DNA of 63,501 bases, filler included, from Deltaproteobacteria bacterium (GTDB lineage: Bacteria > JAUYMQ01), in the NCBI GenBank assembly GCA_030698575.1. It is 8 parts of 8 records of this genome, joined end to end, with 100 filler letters (N's around TTAATTAATTAA, not from the genome) between each part and the next. Parts side by side here need not be neighbours in the genome. Positions count along the whole stretch, not along the records: positions 1 to 9,438 come from JAUYMQ010000430.1; positions 9,539 to 12,738 come from JAUYMQ010000433.1; 6 more parts are not named here. One strand, 5' to 3'. Shown one piece after another: positions 1-10,008 of the stretch. The position numbers were made by a program, and so were the translations under genes. Each line of letters opens with the position of its first letter. The first letter of the stretch is position 1. The notes under the pieces were generated by a model. The model was not told the DNA's origin. It made no database searches and worked only from the letters and a program-made list of their open reading frames with translations.

Positions 1-231
1 TACCCGCCCGATCGGGTGATCGCCGAGTTGCGGAGATGCGCCGGGACGCAGTTCGATCCGGAAGTCGTGGCCTGCGCGATCGCACTCCTGGAGGAAGGCG
101 GCGAGGATTTCCTCCTCTCGCCGCCCCGGGACAATCTCTTCCAGTCCGATTCTGATTTCGAGGCGCTGCTGGTCGAGGCGCGCGCGGGGCACGACGTGGA
201 TCCACGAGCGGAGTGGCGCCAGGTCCGCTAG
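1..231 (+). CDS. C-terminal end of an HD-GYP domain protein (partial)
   Basis: ELRRCAGTQFDPEVV matches the typical HD-GYP C-terminal motif; 5' truncated by the window edge. Confidence 0.7.
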   Translation, partial: YPPDRVIAELRRCAGTQFDPEVVACAIALLEEGGEDFLLSPPRDNLFQSDSDFEALLVEARAGHDVDPRAEWRQVR

Positions 232-1478
232 CGGTACCGTCGAAGGTAGGAGAGATCCCGATCCTGGGTGTTCTTCGCGCCGACGAGGATGACGCGGTAG
301 CGCCCGCCTTCGGCCTGGCAGCAGTAGATCCTCCCCTTCCCGGCAAATCCAAGCTCGAAGATGTTTCCGTGCTCCAGCCCCCCGACCTTTCGCCGCATCG
401 GAAGGTTGTCATCGCGGTCGTTCAGGCGCTTCAAGACCTCCTCCGCCCGCAGCATGGCGTCGTCGTCGCCCAGGTTGATGATATCCGAAACCACCCTGCT
501 CTCGAATTCGAGATTCTTGTAGAGGGTCCGAAGGCGCCTGTCGAGGAGTTCGGCGTCCCGCGCTCGTCCCTTGGGAACCGGCTTGCCCTCCCGGCGCTGG
601 ATGCTCGCGCTGAGCTCCTCGATCTTCGCCTCGTGGATTTTCTTGTCCGCCCTTGCATCTTCCAGCTTCTGCTCGAGCCGTTCGAGCTCCTTTTCGAGCT
701 CGCCCGCGTCTTCCCAGGTCCAGCCGCCCAGGCGCTGCTCGAGCCGGGCCTTCTCACTTTCGAGCGCGCGGATCTGCGTGACACGCTCGCTTGCGTGCCG
801 CGACGCCTCGTCGAGCTTCGTTGTGACGCGCTTGAGCTCCGTCTCGATTCGCGCGACTCGTTCGGCGCTCTCACGATCGAGGCGCTCGGCGATCTCGAGC
901 TTTTCCTGTTCCGTGCGAAGAACGAACCGCCTGGCGTGGACCCAAAGGATCTGCAGGAGCAGGAAGAGGTAGATGACGAGGATTCCGTTGGCGAGCCAGG
1001 TGTTGTTTCGGATCGAGACCCAGGTATCGACCGTGAGCCCCTCGCGCAGAATCTCGTAGTTCTCCCTGGCGACCTCCGCGCGGGGACGCGGGTGAAGGGC
1101 CGCGGGCGGCAGCGCCGAAGGGGCGGCCCGGGGATCGGCGAGGGGATCGGCGAGGCCGTTCGGGGGAAACCATTCCCGGAGTCTGGGGTAGATCGTGACC
1201 CCGCCGGTGGTCTGAACGGTCACGCGCAGTTCGAGGCCGAGCCCCACAAGCCTCCGGATCCAGCCCTGATCTAATGCGAGCTTGGTCCGCGCGTTGACGA
1301 GCTCAGTGTAACTTGCCTCCCCTGAAAGCAATTCTTCCGGATCGACGAGGATTGCCTGCCGGACGTCGACGGACACCTCACGGGTGATCAGGGCTTCGCC
1401 GCCCTTCAGGCTGAAGATGTAGAGGAAGACGAACGCCAGGATGGCGCCGGTGATGAAGCGGAAGGAGAACTCTCTCAT
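228..1478 (-). CDS. Membrane-anchored coiled-coil protein with a possible C-terminal RelE/HigB-like domain
   Basis: Two hydrophobic segments, a long E/K/R-rich heptad region, and C-terminal IFELGF..GRIY..RVILVGAKNTQDRDL. Confidence 0.6.
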   Translation of the reverse strand: MREFSFRFITGAILAFVFLYIFSLKGGEALITREVSVDVRQAILVDPEELLSGEASYTELVNARTKLALDQGWIRRLVGLGLELRVTVQTTGGVTIYPRLREWFPPNGLADPLADPRAAPSALPPAALHPRPRAEVARENYEILREGLTVDTWVSIRNNTWLANGILVIYLFLLLQILWVHARRFVLRTEQEKLEIAERLDRESAERVARIETELKRVTTKLDEASRHASERVTQIRALESEKARLEQRLGGWTWEDAGELEKELERLEQKLEDARADKKIHEAKIEELSASIQRREGKPVPKGRARDAELLDRRLRTLYKNLEFESRVVSDIINLGDDDAMLRAEEVLKRLNDRDDNLPMRRKVGGLEHGNIFELGFAGKGRIYCCQAEGGRYRVILVGAKNTQDRDLSYLRRYR

Positions 1479-1558
1479 CGATGCGCCGCCGTCGGTGTCT
1501 CGCCGCTGCGATGGGGCAAAATGCCCTCTGCCGGAACGAGTCCTTCATGATAAAACGC

Positions 1559-1586
1559 TTGACTTAGTTTCACCATCCCGTAACAT
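1559..1586 (+). promoter_or_regulatory. Candidate sigma70 promoter for csp
   Basis: TTGACT-N16-TAACAT. Confidence 0.4.
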
Positions 1587-1799
1587 CGGTGCTATCAGAA
1601 ACTCGTTTCAAGGTTTGATCTCCCCATGTGTATCAGTGTGCTATAAAAGGCCGTTCTCCGAAGCTCTTTTCGGGGGCGGCCTTTATGTTTCTGCAGCCAG
1701 GTGAGCGAGACGGAAGTTGCACGTGGGTTGGCATGGGGACCCGGAGGGGTAGGGGCGAGCGCGTCGCCGCCTAGGGACACTGAAGAAGGAGAAATTTTT

Positions 1800-2000
1800 A
1801 TGCCGAACGGTACCGTGAAGTGGTTCAACGAGAAGAAGGGCTATGGCTTCATTACGCAGGAGTCGGGCGAGGACGTCTTCGTTCACTTCACTGCGATAGC
1901 CGCCGAAGGATTCAAGACCCTTGCTGAGGGAGATAGTGTCCAGTTCGACGTCATTCAGGGGTCGAAGGGGCCCCAGGCGGCGAACGTTTCGAAGGTCTGA
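1800..2000 (+). CDS. csp: Cold-shock protein (CspA family)
   Basis: GTVKWFN..KGYGFI..DVFVHF RNP1/RNP2 motifs; RBS AAGGAG before ATG 1800. Confidence 0.97.
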   Translation: MPNGTVKWFNEKKGYGFITQESGEDVFVHFTAIAAEGFKTLAEGDSVQFDVIQGSKGPQAANVSKV

Positions 2001-2062
2001 TCTCGTTCGGATTGAAACCATTATTTTCGAACGCGGCGCTCCTCGGCGCGGCGTTCATCTCC

Positions 2063-2089
2063 GCCCCGGCTTCGCCGGGGCTTTTTTTT
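2063..2089 (+). terminator. Intrinsic terminator
   Basis: GCCCCGGC-TTC-GCCGGGGC followed by T8. Confidence 0.85.
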
Positions 2090-2099
2090 CCTCAACGAA

Positions 2100-3908
2100 T
2101 CAGGCGACGGGATCTTCCGCGTCTCCCGAAAATTCTTCCAGTTCCTCCGGAAGCGTCGCTGGAACCCGGAGCGTGCGGCCTTCGCGCGCGACTACCTGGC
2201 CTGGAGGCGCCCCGTGGAGCTTGCGGACGTGGCTCAGGCGCGTGACCGTCACATCGGCCTGCCGTTCATCTCTCGCGCCGCTGAAATAGGCGGCAGCGCG
2301 CGCCGCCGCCGCCAGGATCCGCTCGGGCGGCTCCGTCGATCGCGCGCAACGAAGGAGCACGTGCGCGCCGGGCACGCTACGCGCGTGCAGCCAGATATCC
2401 GAGGGCTTTCCAATCCGCGTGACCAGCCGGTCGTTGTCGCGGCCGTGCCGGCCTACGAGCATCTCCCAACCCTCGAGCATGAAGCGGCGCGGTTTCGGAT
2501 CCGGCGGAATCCGCCCCTTGGCGGGATTCCGTCCGGGGCGAATCTGTTTTTCGGGGCGTCCGGTCCTCGCCTTCGCGGAAATGCTCTCGCTGATCGCTTC
2601 CAGCGTCTCCACCTCCCCCGCCTGCGCGGCCTGGAGCGCCTGCTCCCGGAGAAATCGCATTTCGATCTCGCCCCGCGCAATCAAGCCCTCGATGATGGAG
2701 ACGGCCCGCTTCGCCTTGCGGGCACGTAGATAGAGCCGTTCGGCGTTCGCTGCAAGACTGCGCGCGGGGTCGAGTTCGATCCGCAGGGTGGCGCCCCCGG
2801 CATCGAAGGCGTCCACGACTTCGATTGCCTCGAGGCCGCGGCGGCGGGCGTCCGGTTGGGTGAGCAGGAGATCAGCCTGCCGGCGCCACCGTTCGCCTCG
2901 CTTCGCCTCGGCCAGATCCGATCGTTGGCGGTCGAGCTTCAGCTCGCGGTGATCGATGAGCCGCGTGAGCGCCCGTAAGGTGCGCCCGCGATGCGTTTCG
3001 AGCGCCTGCGCCGCGCCCTCTGAGCCGGCGAGATCGTCGAGGGCGCCGGATAGACTCTTGACGGGTGATCCTTCCTGGCCGGTGGCGGGGAGGGGGAAGG
3101 GAAGAAGCACGGCCGGGGCGCCGTCTGCGGCGCCCGGGAGCAGGCGCGGGTTGCAGGGCCGGGCGAGCAGGGCGCGGAAGGCCGTGAGGAGCGCTTCCGC
3201 ACCGGCCTCGTCGACCCCACCAGCCAGCGACTCCGCCGGCAAGCCTGACTGCGCGATGGCTTCCGCGGCAAGGTGGCGACCGACGCCCTCGAAAAGCCGT
3301 GAGAGGAGGCGCCCCGGATCCCGGACTGCCCGGCGGCCGTCGGATGCGCCAAGGCGCTCGATGCCGCTGATGACTTCGTCCGCCGAGGCGCGCTCGGGAT
3401 CGAGGCGCCCATCGAGCCGGGGGAGGCGGTAGGCCGCTCCCGTGGTCAGATCGCGGCGCGCGGCAGGCAGCGGGCGAAGGACGCCGAGGATTCGCGTTTC
3501 GTCACCGTTCTCCGCGCAGAGAATCACGGTTGAGGCGTGGCCGGTCAGCTCGACGGCGAGGACAGCTCGGTCGGTCTTCGCCCCGCGCCGCGCCCCGAAC
3601 CGGAGGTGAACCACCGGGACGTCATGTTCCGCGACCGCTTCCTCGAATGCGCGCCCCTCGAGATGCTTGCGCGCGAGCATGCAAAAGGGGGGCGGGAAGG
3701 CCGGGTTCTGATCCCGTCGTGTGGTGAGGTGAACGCGCGCGTTCCGTGCGCCGGCGCTTGCCAGCAGCCGCTGCTCGCCCGCCGTACCGCGAAGGATCAG
3801 AACCAGCGTGTCGGGATGGGGCAGGTGAACTCGCCGGACGATCGCGCCGTGAAGCGCCCCGGTGATCTCTCGCGCGATCTCGTGTCGCAGCGGCCGGTCG
3901 AGAATCAC
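2100..3908 (-). CDS. rqcH: NFACT/FbpA family ribosome quality control protein (RqcH/Rqc2)
   Basis: PPPFCMLARKHLEG, NAERLY, VGRHGRDNDRL, DIWLHARSVPGAHV, AAYFS motifs. Confidence 0.9.
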   Translation of the reverse strand: MILDRPLRHEIAREITGALHGAIVRRVHLPHPDTLVLILRGTAGEQRLLASAGARNARVHLTTRRDQNPAFPPPFCMLARKHLEGRAFEEAVAEHDVPVVHLRFGARRGAKTDRAVLAVELTGHASTVILCAENGDETRILGVLRPLPAARRDLTTGAAYRLPRLDGRLDPERASADEVISGIERLGASDGRRAVRDPGRLLSRLFEGVGRHLAAEAIAQSGLPAESLAGGVDEAGAEALLTAFRALLARPCNPRLLPGAADGAPAVLLPFPLPATGQEGSPVKSLSGALDDLAGSEGAAQALETHRGRTLRALTRLIDHRELKLDRQRSDLAEAKRGERWRRQADLLLTQPDARRRGLEAIEVVDAFDAGGATLRIELDPARSLAANAERLYLRARKAKRAVSIIEGLIARGEIEMRFLREQALQAAQAGEVETLEAISESISAKARTGRPEKQIRPGRNPAKGRIPPDPKPRRFMLEGWEMLVGRHGRDNDRLVTRIGKPSDIWLHARSVPGAHVLLRCARSTEPPERILAAAARAAAYFSGARDERQADVTVTRLSHVRKLHGAPPGQVVAREGRTLRVPATLPEELEEFSGDAEDPVA

Positions 3909-4015
3909 GTGAAGCTCCGCAACTTGCTCCTCCGGAGGAGGCGCTGTTAATCTCCGCGGTTCCGGCCGTGGCGCTCATGGGGCGCCGCGGGCTCGGGATA
4001 TTCGGAGGTCCGCGT

Positions 4016-5122
4016 TTGACAATCGTCTTCTACGTGAGCGGCCACGGCTTCGGCCACGCGGTGCGTATCGCCGAGGTGATTCGCACCATCCTTGCACGAG
4101 AGCCGCGGGCGCGCATTCACGTCCGGAGCAGCGCGCCCGGCTGGCTCTTTCCCGTTGACGAGCGCCTGAGCCGGGCCGACGTCCGGCTCGATGTCGGCGT
4201 GGTGCAGCAGAACAGCCTGACGCTCGATCCCGCGGCCACGCTCGCCGGGATGAGCGCCATACTCGGGGACACCGAATCGATCCTCGCGCGGGAGTCCGCC
4301 GCGCTCCGCGACCTTGATTGCCGGGCCGTCGTGGGCGACATTCCGCCGCTCGCCTTCGCGGCGGCCGCGCGCGCGTCAGTGCCCTCGGCGGCGATCGCCA
4401 ACTTCTCCTGGGACTGGATCTACCGCGCCTACCTGCCCGCCGCACCCGCCTTCGGGTCGTTGATCGAAACGATGGCGCGCCAGTACGGGCAGGCTTCCAT
4501 TCTCCTGAGACTCCCGTTTCACGGCGATCTCTCGGCCTTTTCCCGGCATCGCGACATCCCCCTCATCGCCCGCCGCGCCGCGCTGCCGAAGGCGGAACTG
4601 CGGCGGGGGCTTGCGCTCGACGATCGGCCGGCCGCGCTCCTCTCCTTTGGCGGCTTCGGCCTGGCCGATCTTCCCGTGGCCCGAATGGCGCGCGAGAGCC
4701 CCGGCTGGCAGTTCCTGGCGCCCTGGAGGCCCGATGGGGAACTTCCGGCGAACCTGCGCTGCCTCGACGGGCGGAAGGTGAACCACGAGGACCTCGTGGC
4801 CGCTGTCGACGTGGTGGTGACGAAGCCGGGCTACGGGATCGTGGCGGAGTGCCTCGCCAACGGCGCCCGGGTTCTTTATACGTCGCGAGGGGATTTTCCG
4901 GAGTACCCCGTGCTCGTCGGGGCGCTGGAGCGCCACGCAACCGCGCGCTACGTGGCGCCGGAGGCATTGCTCGGGGGGCGCATCAGCGGGGAGCTTGACG
5001 CGCTGCTGGCGGCTGGGGAGCGCGCCGCGCCGCTGGACCCGGGCGCCTTCGAGGGGGCGCGGGTCGCGGCGGAGATCATCCTGGAGATGGCCGGCGGGTC
5101 ACTCAGCGCTTCCGGGCCGTGA
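4016..5122 (+). CDS. GT-B glycosyltransferase (resembles the L-arabinokinase N-terminal domain)
   Basis: YVSGHGFGHAVR, NFSWDWIY, VVTKPGYGIVAEC; TTG start after GGAGG. Confidence 0.8.
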   Translation: MTIVFYVSGHGFGHAVRIAEVIRTILAREPRARIHVRSSAPGWLFPVDERLSRADVRLDVGVVQQNSLTLDPAATLAGMSAILGDTESILARESAALRDLDCRAVVGDIPPLAFAAAARASVPSAAIANFSWDWIYRAYLPAAPAFGSLIETMARQYGQASILLRLPFHGDLSAFSRHRDIPLIARRAALPKAELRRGLALDDRPAALLSFGGFGLADLPVARMARESPGWQFLAPWRPDGELPANLRCLDGRKVNHEDLVAAVDVVVTKPGYGIVAECLANGARVLYTSRGDFPEYPVLVGALERHATARYVAPEALLGGRISGELDALLAAGERAAPLDPGAFEGARVAAEIILEMAGGSLSASGP

Positions 5123-5966
5123 CGACCAGGTAGGTGCTCTCCGCCTTTCGCGCGCGGGCGCCGCCGCGCAGGATTTCCCTGAGCGCGGTGTTCTTGCTTT
5201 CTGAAGTGCTTCCGAGAATGACCGACTCGCCGTCGCGGACCTCGATCTGCGTGGTGGCCTCCGTGAAGCGGATGCTCGCGCCATGCTCGCCGAGGTTGCG
5301 CATCCACGGCGTGATCTCGAGAAGGATGCGATCCTCGCCGATGGTTCGCGGATGCACGGCGAGGCCGGTGTCGACCGAGACCCATTCGGTCGAGACGATG
5401 GTGTGGCCGTGGCCCGCCGCGTAGTGATGGAACGCGTTCGTGAAGGGAATTTCCTGTCCGGTCGAGATCTCGGCCGTACCGTCGTTCATCACGAGAACCG
5501 TCTGTCGGGTGGTTCCCTGTTCCCGCCGATCCGTCGCGCCCGCCGTGGCGAGCGCAGTGAGCCCGCTGCCGGGGACTGGGGCCGGGATCGTCCCGATCTG
5601 CCAGCCCGAATCACGGTAGGCCCAGTCCACTCGCGCGTGTATCGCGCGCAGATCACGATCGGTCATGCTCTCGACGGTTACCTCGATGTTGCTCTGGCGG
5701 ACGTCCTGGGAAGCCAGCACGGATTTTGCCTGGGAGATCCCTTCGGCATTGTCGATGATGACGATCGAGTTGGTTCGTGAGTCGACCGATGCGCGCCCCT
5801 CCGGCGAGAGGGCGGCCGTGACGGAAGGGAGAAGTTCTTCGGCCACACGGCTCTTCATCTTGTAGATGAAGACTTCGCGGTCGCCGGCAGCCAGAGCGTC
5901 GATGGCAGCGAGGCAGAGAATGAGACCCAGGGCCGCCGAAAGCCCGGTTCGTGCGTTGATCTTCAT
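5103..5966 (-). CDS. Short secretin-like protein (NolW/N3 domain plus partial secretin domain)
   Basis: Signal peptide, SVDSRTNSIVIID N-domain motif, TGLAVHPR and TTQIEVRDGESVILG. Confidence 0.75.
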   Translation of the reverse strand: MKINARTGLSAALGLILCLAAIDALAAGDREVFIYKMKSRVAEELLPSVTAALSPEGRASVDSRTNSIVIIDNAEGISQAKSVLASQDVRQSNIEVTVESMTDRDLRAIHARVDWAYRDSGWQIGTIPAPVPGSGLTALATAGATDRREQGTTRQTVLVMNDGTAEISTGQEIPFTNAFHHYAAGHGHTIVSTEWVSVDTGLAVHPRTIGEDRILLEITPWMRNLGEHGASIRFTEATTQIEVRDGESVILGSTSESKNTALREILRGGARARKAESTYLVVTARKR

Positions 5967-5968
5967 GA

Positions 5969-8383
5969 CTATCCTCCCGAGGGGCCAGAGGTTCGCGCGG
6001 GCTTCATGATCCTCGCCTCCGCGAATCGCGCCGCCTGCTCCTTTACCCATCCTTCGAGCTCCCGGATGAGCTCGTGGTCTTTCCCGACGAGGGCCGCTCG
6101 AAGCGCGCGCCATCGCTCGGCGGACGTCGCCCGGGCGCCCTCCAGGTCCCTGAGCAATCCCGACTCCGGGGCGCCGTCCACGGCCGCGAGCCGGTTGATC
6201 CAGAGCCGCTCCTTCCAGTAGGCCGAATCCCAGTCGAGGATCAAGCCCGCCGTTTCAGCTCCCCAGCGGCGCACCATCGCCCGCCACATCGACCGGTCAG
6301 CGTCGTAGGCCTCCGGATTCCAGAGGTAGTCGGCGAGGGTCATCGCCTTGGCCAGAAAGCGCCCTCCGGTCGAGCCGTTGAAATAGAACTCCCCTTCGAA
6401 GCTCGAGGCGGGCAAATCTTCAGCCTCGATGAAAAAAGGTTCGAAAAGGCTGGCCTTCGCGGCGCGGTCTGGGCTCCCCGCATAGTGAGGGCTCAGCTCC
6501 AGCTCCCAGACGGAATTGTCCCAGAGAATGAGCGGCCGCCCGCCGACCGTGTCGGCGAAGCCCGCGGCGCTCGTCCCGTCGACGATGCGGGATCGCACGG
6601 TCGGCCCGGTCCAGGCCAGGACCACGTCCGGGGGGAGTTCCCGCCCGAGCGCCGTCATGTAGGCGTCCGCTTCAGCGCCCCCCCTCTCGCGGAATTGGTC
6701 ATTGTACCAGGGGGGAACGATCACCAGCATCGCGCCCTGGCTGGCGCGGACCCTCTGCCGGACCTGATCGATGAGCCAGAGGTGCGCCGCTGCGAGCGAA
6801 GGAAAGCGCGCGCGATCATGGGCATCGTCGAGATGGTAGGCGAAGGGGTTCTCGACGGTCGCGGGGAGGAAATCGTCGAGGCAGAGCATGACGATGCGTG
6901 CTCCCGCCTCGAGGCTCTGATCGATTTCAGACAGGAGAATGTCCACGTCCTCCTTCCGGCTGATCTGGAAGGTGTCGGTGATCCCGGACTCGGAGCGCTG
7001 GGCGTAGGGGTTCAGAAGTATGCCGAGCTGGTAGAGCTGTGTCTCCATCGCCCGCTCGCCGATATCCTCGAGAAGCGCGCGGTAGAGTCGGGGGGGCTCC
7101 CACCAGCGCGGCGTGCGCAGCGGGTAGTTCAGGTAGAGGCGATTGAGCTTCAGGCCCACCATCCAGCGAGAGGCGCTGAGAATCGAGCGTGCGCCGAGTA
7201 TCCCGGGCTCCCAGGCGGCGAGCGAGCGGCCCCTGAAGGCCGGCCAGTCGGTTCCGTCCACGGCGCGAAGCGCGGCGCCGCCTTCATCCGCCGGGCGCAG
7301 GAGCTGTCGCAGGGTCTCGAGCGCGTAGATCGCACCGGGGCCGTCGGCGCCGGCGGCCTCGATGGACAGGCCGCGCGGTTCGAGGGTGCGCGATCGCAAG
7401 GCATAGCCTTCCGGCCCCAGCCGGAGCGCCGCGGCGGCCGTGGCAGCCAGCACCGCCGGGACTTTCCCGTCGGCCCGGGCGAACCTGAGCGTTGCGTCGC
7501 AGCCGGCAGGCGCCTCTCCTTTGCTGCCGGGCGTGATCAGCACGGCGCCGAGCTCGCGAAGCCTCTCTTCGAACTCCGCGACGCGCGCGGCGAAGCCGGC
7601 CGGCGGGGGTTCGGGTGCGTGAAGGCAGAGTCGCCTGATGGCGAGCGACGGCCCGTGCTCGGCAAGATTCCGGGGAGTCGGCACGACACGGCCCAGCGCG
7701 TCGTCGTCAAGTGCGCGATAAGGCGCGATGCGCTCTTCGAGCGTGAGGTTGCGGGCGCTATAGCTGAAGCGGACATCGTCGATCTCTACGATGCCCGGGC
7801 CGGCAAGCGTGAAGCGCACGCGGGCGAAAGTCGCGCCGGACGGCGCCTCATCGCCGGCGGGGTTCTCGTAGCTCGAGACGAATCCGGCCCGGCGCCAGGC
7901 GGATGTGCCCGCGCTCTTCAGAAAAGCGAGCGGGTAGGGGCGATCTCCGGACAGGCCGGCGATCGGCCGGCGTTGCGCGTCGAGCCACTCGACGCGCACG
8001 CGAAAGCGCTCCGCCATCGTTCCGCTCGCGGGGCGAGGCGTGGTGGTGAATCGCAGCGCGGCCGAAAGCTCGTGGAGGCCGGGAAGCACCGGCACCTCGG
8101 TCGCGGCCTCGGCGTGGCCGCCGGCGTGGGCAGCCAGGCGCAGCGCGAATTGCCCCGCATGGGCTTCACGGTCGCTCACCCGCGCGCCCTCGATCCGCCA
8201 GCCCCGCGCACCGGCCTCGAAGCTTCCGTTGGCAAGAAGATTTCCGCGCTCGAAAGCCGCGCGCCGGAGGGCCAGAGAGGGTTCATCGCCGGTGTCGGCC
8301 GCCGCCGGCCGCTGCAGCGCGGCCGGTGCGAGACCGATCACCAGGAGCGCCAGGACGATGCGGCGCGGAATTCGGAATGTCAT
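5969..8383 (-). CDS. Secreted beta-N-acetylglucosaminidase-like protein (CBM-like + GH20b + GH84-like)
   Basis: NLLANGSFE, EGYAL..GAIYALETLRQL..DWPAF, MLCLDD catalytic pair, WTGPTV, LILWDN, ADYLWNPEAYD. Confidence 0.75.
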   Translation of the reverse strand: MTFRIPRRIVLALLVIGLAPAALQRPAAADTGDEPSLALRRAAFERGNLLANGSFEAGARGWRIEGARVSDREAHAGQFALRLAAHAGGHAEAATEVPVLPGLHELSAALRFTTTPRPASGTMAERFRVRVEWLDAQRRPIAGLSGDRPYPLAFLKSAGTSAWRRAGFVSSYENPAGDEAPSGATFARVRFTLAGPGIVEIDDVRFSYSARNLTLEERIAPYRALDDDALGRVVPTPRNLAEHGPSLAIRRLCLHAPEPPPAGFAARVAEFEERLRELGAVLITPGSKGEAPAGCDATLRFARADGKVPAVLAATAAAALRLGPEGYALRSRTLEPRGLSIEAAGADGPGAIYALETLRQLLRPADEGGAALRAVDGTDWPAFRGRSLAAWEPGILGARSILSASRWMVGLKLNRLYLNYPLRTPRWWEPPRLYRALLEDIGERAMETQLYQLGILLNPYAQRSESGITDTFQISRKEDVDILLSEIDQSLEAGARIVMLCLDDFLPATVENPFAYHLDDAHDRARFPSLAAAHLWLIDQVRQRVRASQGAMLVIVPPWYNDQFRERGGAEADAYMTALGRELPPDVVLAWTGPTVRSRIVDGTSAAGFADTVGGRPLILWDNSVWELELSPHYAGSPDRAAKASLFEPFFIEAEDLPASSFEGEFYFNGSTGGRFLAKAMTLADYLWNPEAYDADRSMWRAMVRRWGAETAGLILDWDSAYWKERLWINRLAAVDGAPESGLLRDLEGARATSAERWRALRAALVGKDHELIRELEGWVKEQAARFAEARIMKPARTSGPSGG

Positions 8384-8539
8384 GTCGGCCCTCTCTCCTC
8401 GAGCGGGTGTCACGGTTACTTCGGGCGCAAGAAGATGGATCGGCCATTAAAGCCGGCGACTTGACCTGGCCGCCGGCTGCGAAGAACCGGCAGATTCCTT
8501 GACGCTCGCGCGCGGGCGGTGCTAGGGTCCGCCTGCGCG

Positions 8540-8700
8540 CCCGCCGTGCTGAACCTCGGCGGCATCGCCAAGCTCACCTACCTTCCCGCCGGGAAGAGGC
8601 CGGAGGCCGTGATCACCTTCGATGTGGGGCCTGCCAACATGGTGATCGACGGCGTCGTCGAGCGGATCACCGCCGGGCGCGATCCGGGCGGTCGTTATGG
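8540..8700 (+). pseudogene. anmK: Internal fragment of anhydro-N-acetylmuramate kinase
   Basis: VLNLGGIAKLTYLP..FDVGPANMVIDG; only ~55 aa present. Confidence 0.6.
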
Positions 8701-8764
8701 GAAAGATCGTCCCGGGCGGGCGAGGAGTTCCGCGGGCCTGACGCACCGCGGGGGAGGTGCACCC

Positions 8765-9319
8765 TTGAATCGATCATCGAAACGCTTCGCGCGGCATGCG
8801 GGCGCAGGGCGCGGCGCCCTGTTCCTGATTGCCGCCGCAATGTTGCTCGGGACGCCGTCGGGCGGCCTGATGGCGCAGGCGCCGGATGTCGCCGACATTC
8901 GACTTGCGCTGCTTCCCTTCGCGGTCTCCGGCGCCCTCGAGTACGAGGGCGTGGGGCCGCTCGTTCCCGAGATGCTGGCTTCGCGGATGACGGACATGGG
9001 GCCTTTCCGGTTCATGGACACGGTTGCGATGCGAAAGGAGGGCGCCGCCAAGTCGGGAGCGCTCTCGCCTGACGATGCGGCGCGTTTGGCCAACCGCTTC
9101 GACGCCGACTTCGTCATCGCCGGCGCGATACGCCGGAGCGGAGGCGTCACGGTCCTGAGCGCGCAGCCCTACGCGCGGGACGGATCCGCTGCGGGCGAGC
9201 GGGTTGTGGTGCCGGTCATAACCGTCGAAGATGTCCTGTCGAAGATGGAGCCGCTTGCTGAGGGGCTGTCGGCGCGTCTCCGCCCCTCCCCGGACGAAGC
9301 CAAGCCTCCCAATCCCTGA
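8765..9319 (+). CDS. Secreted TolB-N/CsgG-like domain protein
   Basis: GGAGGT RBS plus TTG, signal peptide, LALLPF..EMLASR..ADFVIAGAI. Confidence 0.55.
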   Translation: MNRSSKRFARHAGAGRGALFLIAAAMLLGTPSGGLMAQAPDVADIRLALLPFAVSGALEYEGVGPLVPEMLASRMTDMGPFRFMDTVAMRKEGAAKSGALSPDDAARLANRFDADFVIAGAIRRSGGVTVLSAQPYARDGSAAGERVVVPVITVEDVLSKMEPLAEGLSARLRPSPDEAKPPNP

Positions 9320-9438
9320 AATGATCGATCAGGCGGAAGTTGAGATCCCGGACGGCCCCCGGTTGTTGACAAGGGCCGGGAGAGGTATAGTCAGCCGGCG
9401 ATCGACGACAATTCCGTCCACGGGGGAGCAGGGTGTCG

Positions 9439-9538
9439 NNNNNNNNNNNNNNNNNNNNNNNNNNNNNNNNNNNNNNNNNNNNTTAATTAATTAANNNNNN
9501 NNNNNNNNNNNNNNNNNNNNNNNNNNNNNNNNNNNNNN
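9439..9538. other. Artificial contig linker
   Basis: N44-TTAATTAATTAA-N44. Confidence 0.99.
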
Positions 9539-10008
9539 GCCGCGAGGATGCCGAAGCCCAGGTGTACCCAGGCCGCTGCCCAATCCATCCCGAGCCCTAC
9601 AGGAATGAGAAAGAGCATGTCCACTGCCTGCGGGGATGCTGCGTGGATTGCAAAGGGCACGTCGAAGATCCGGCCCGCATCGAGGAACAGACGTGGCAGC
9701 GCGAGGTGGTGGATGAGGGAATCGCGCGCCACGGGCGGCGCGAGCCCCAGGTAGAGAGGCGTGATCGTTGCGAGCGCCAGCATAGCGCCCAGCAGCGGGT
9801 GCGCGCGCAGCGCACCGGCGAGCGCGCGCCGTGAGGTTCGGGCAAGCGCGACGAGGGCGATGAATCCGCCGCCAATCAGGACCGACAGAAGGAGGAGCGC
9901 CGACCGATCGAGCGCCCCCAGCAGCCCCGCGCCGTAGAGCAGCACGCCGCCTAGCCAGAGCCACGCGGCGATCGCGAAGATCTCCCTGAAACCTCCCTGG
10001 GATCGCAT
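9539..10008 (-). CDS. Polytopic membrane protein, GT-C-like (3' truncated)
   Basis: Multiple TM helices; PPVARDSLIHHLALP loop motif. Confidence 0.6.

Noticed and set aside
8519-9319. AnmK-TolB_N fusion protein as a single 266-aa ORF
   Set aside because: An internal GGAGGT RBS with TTG start and signal peptide at 8765 indicates a separate gene; the upstream part is an in-frame relic.
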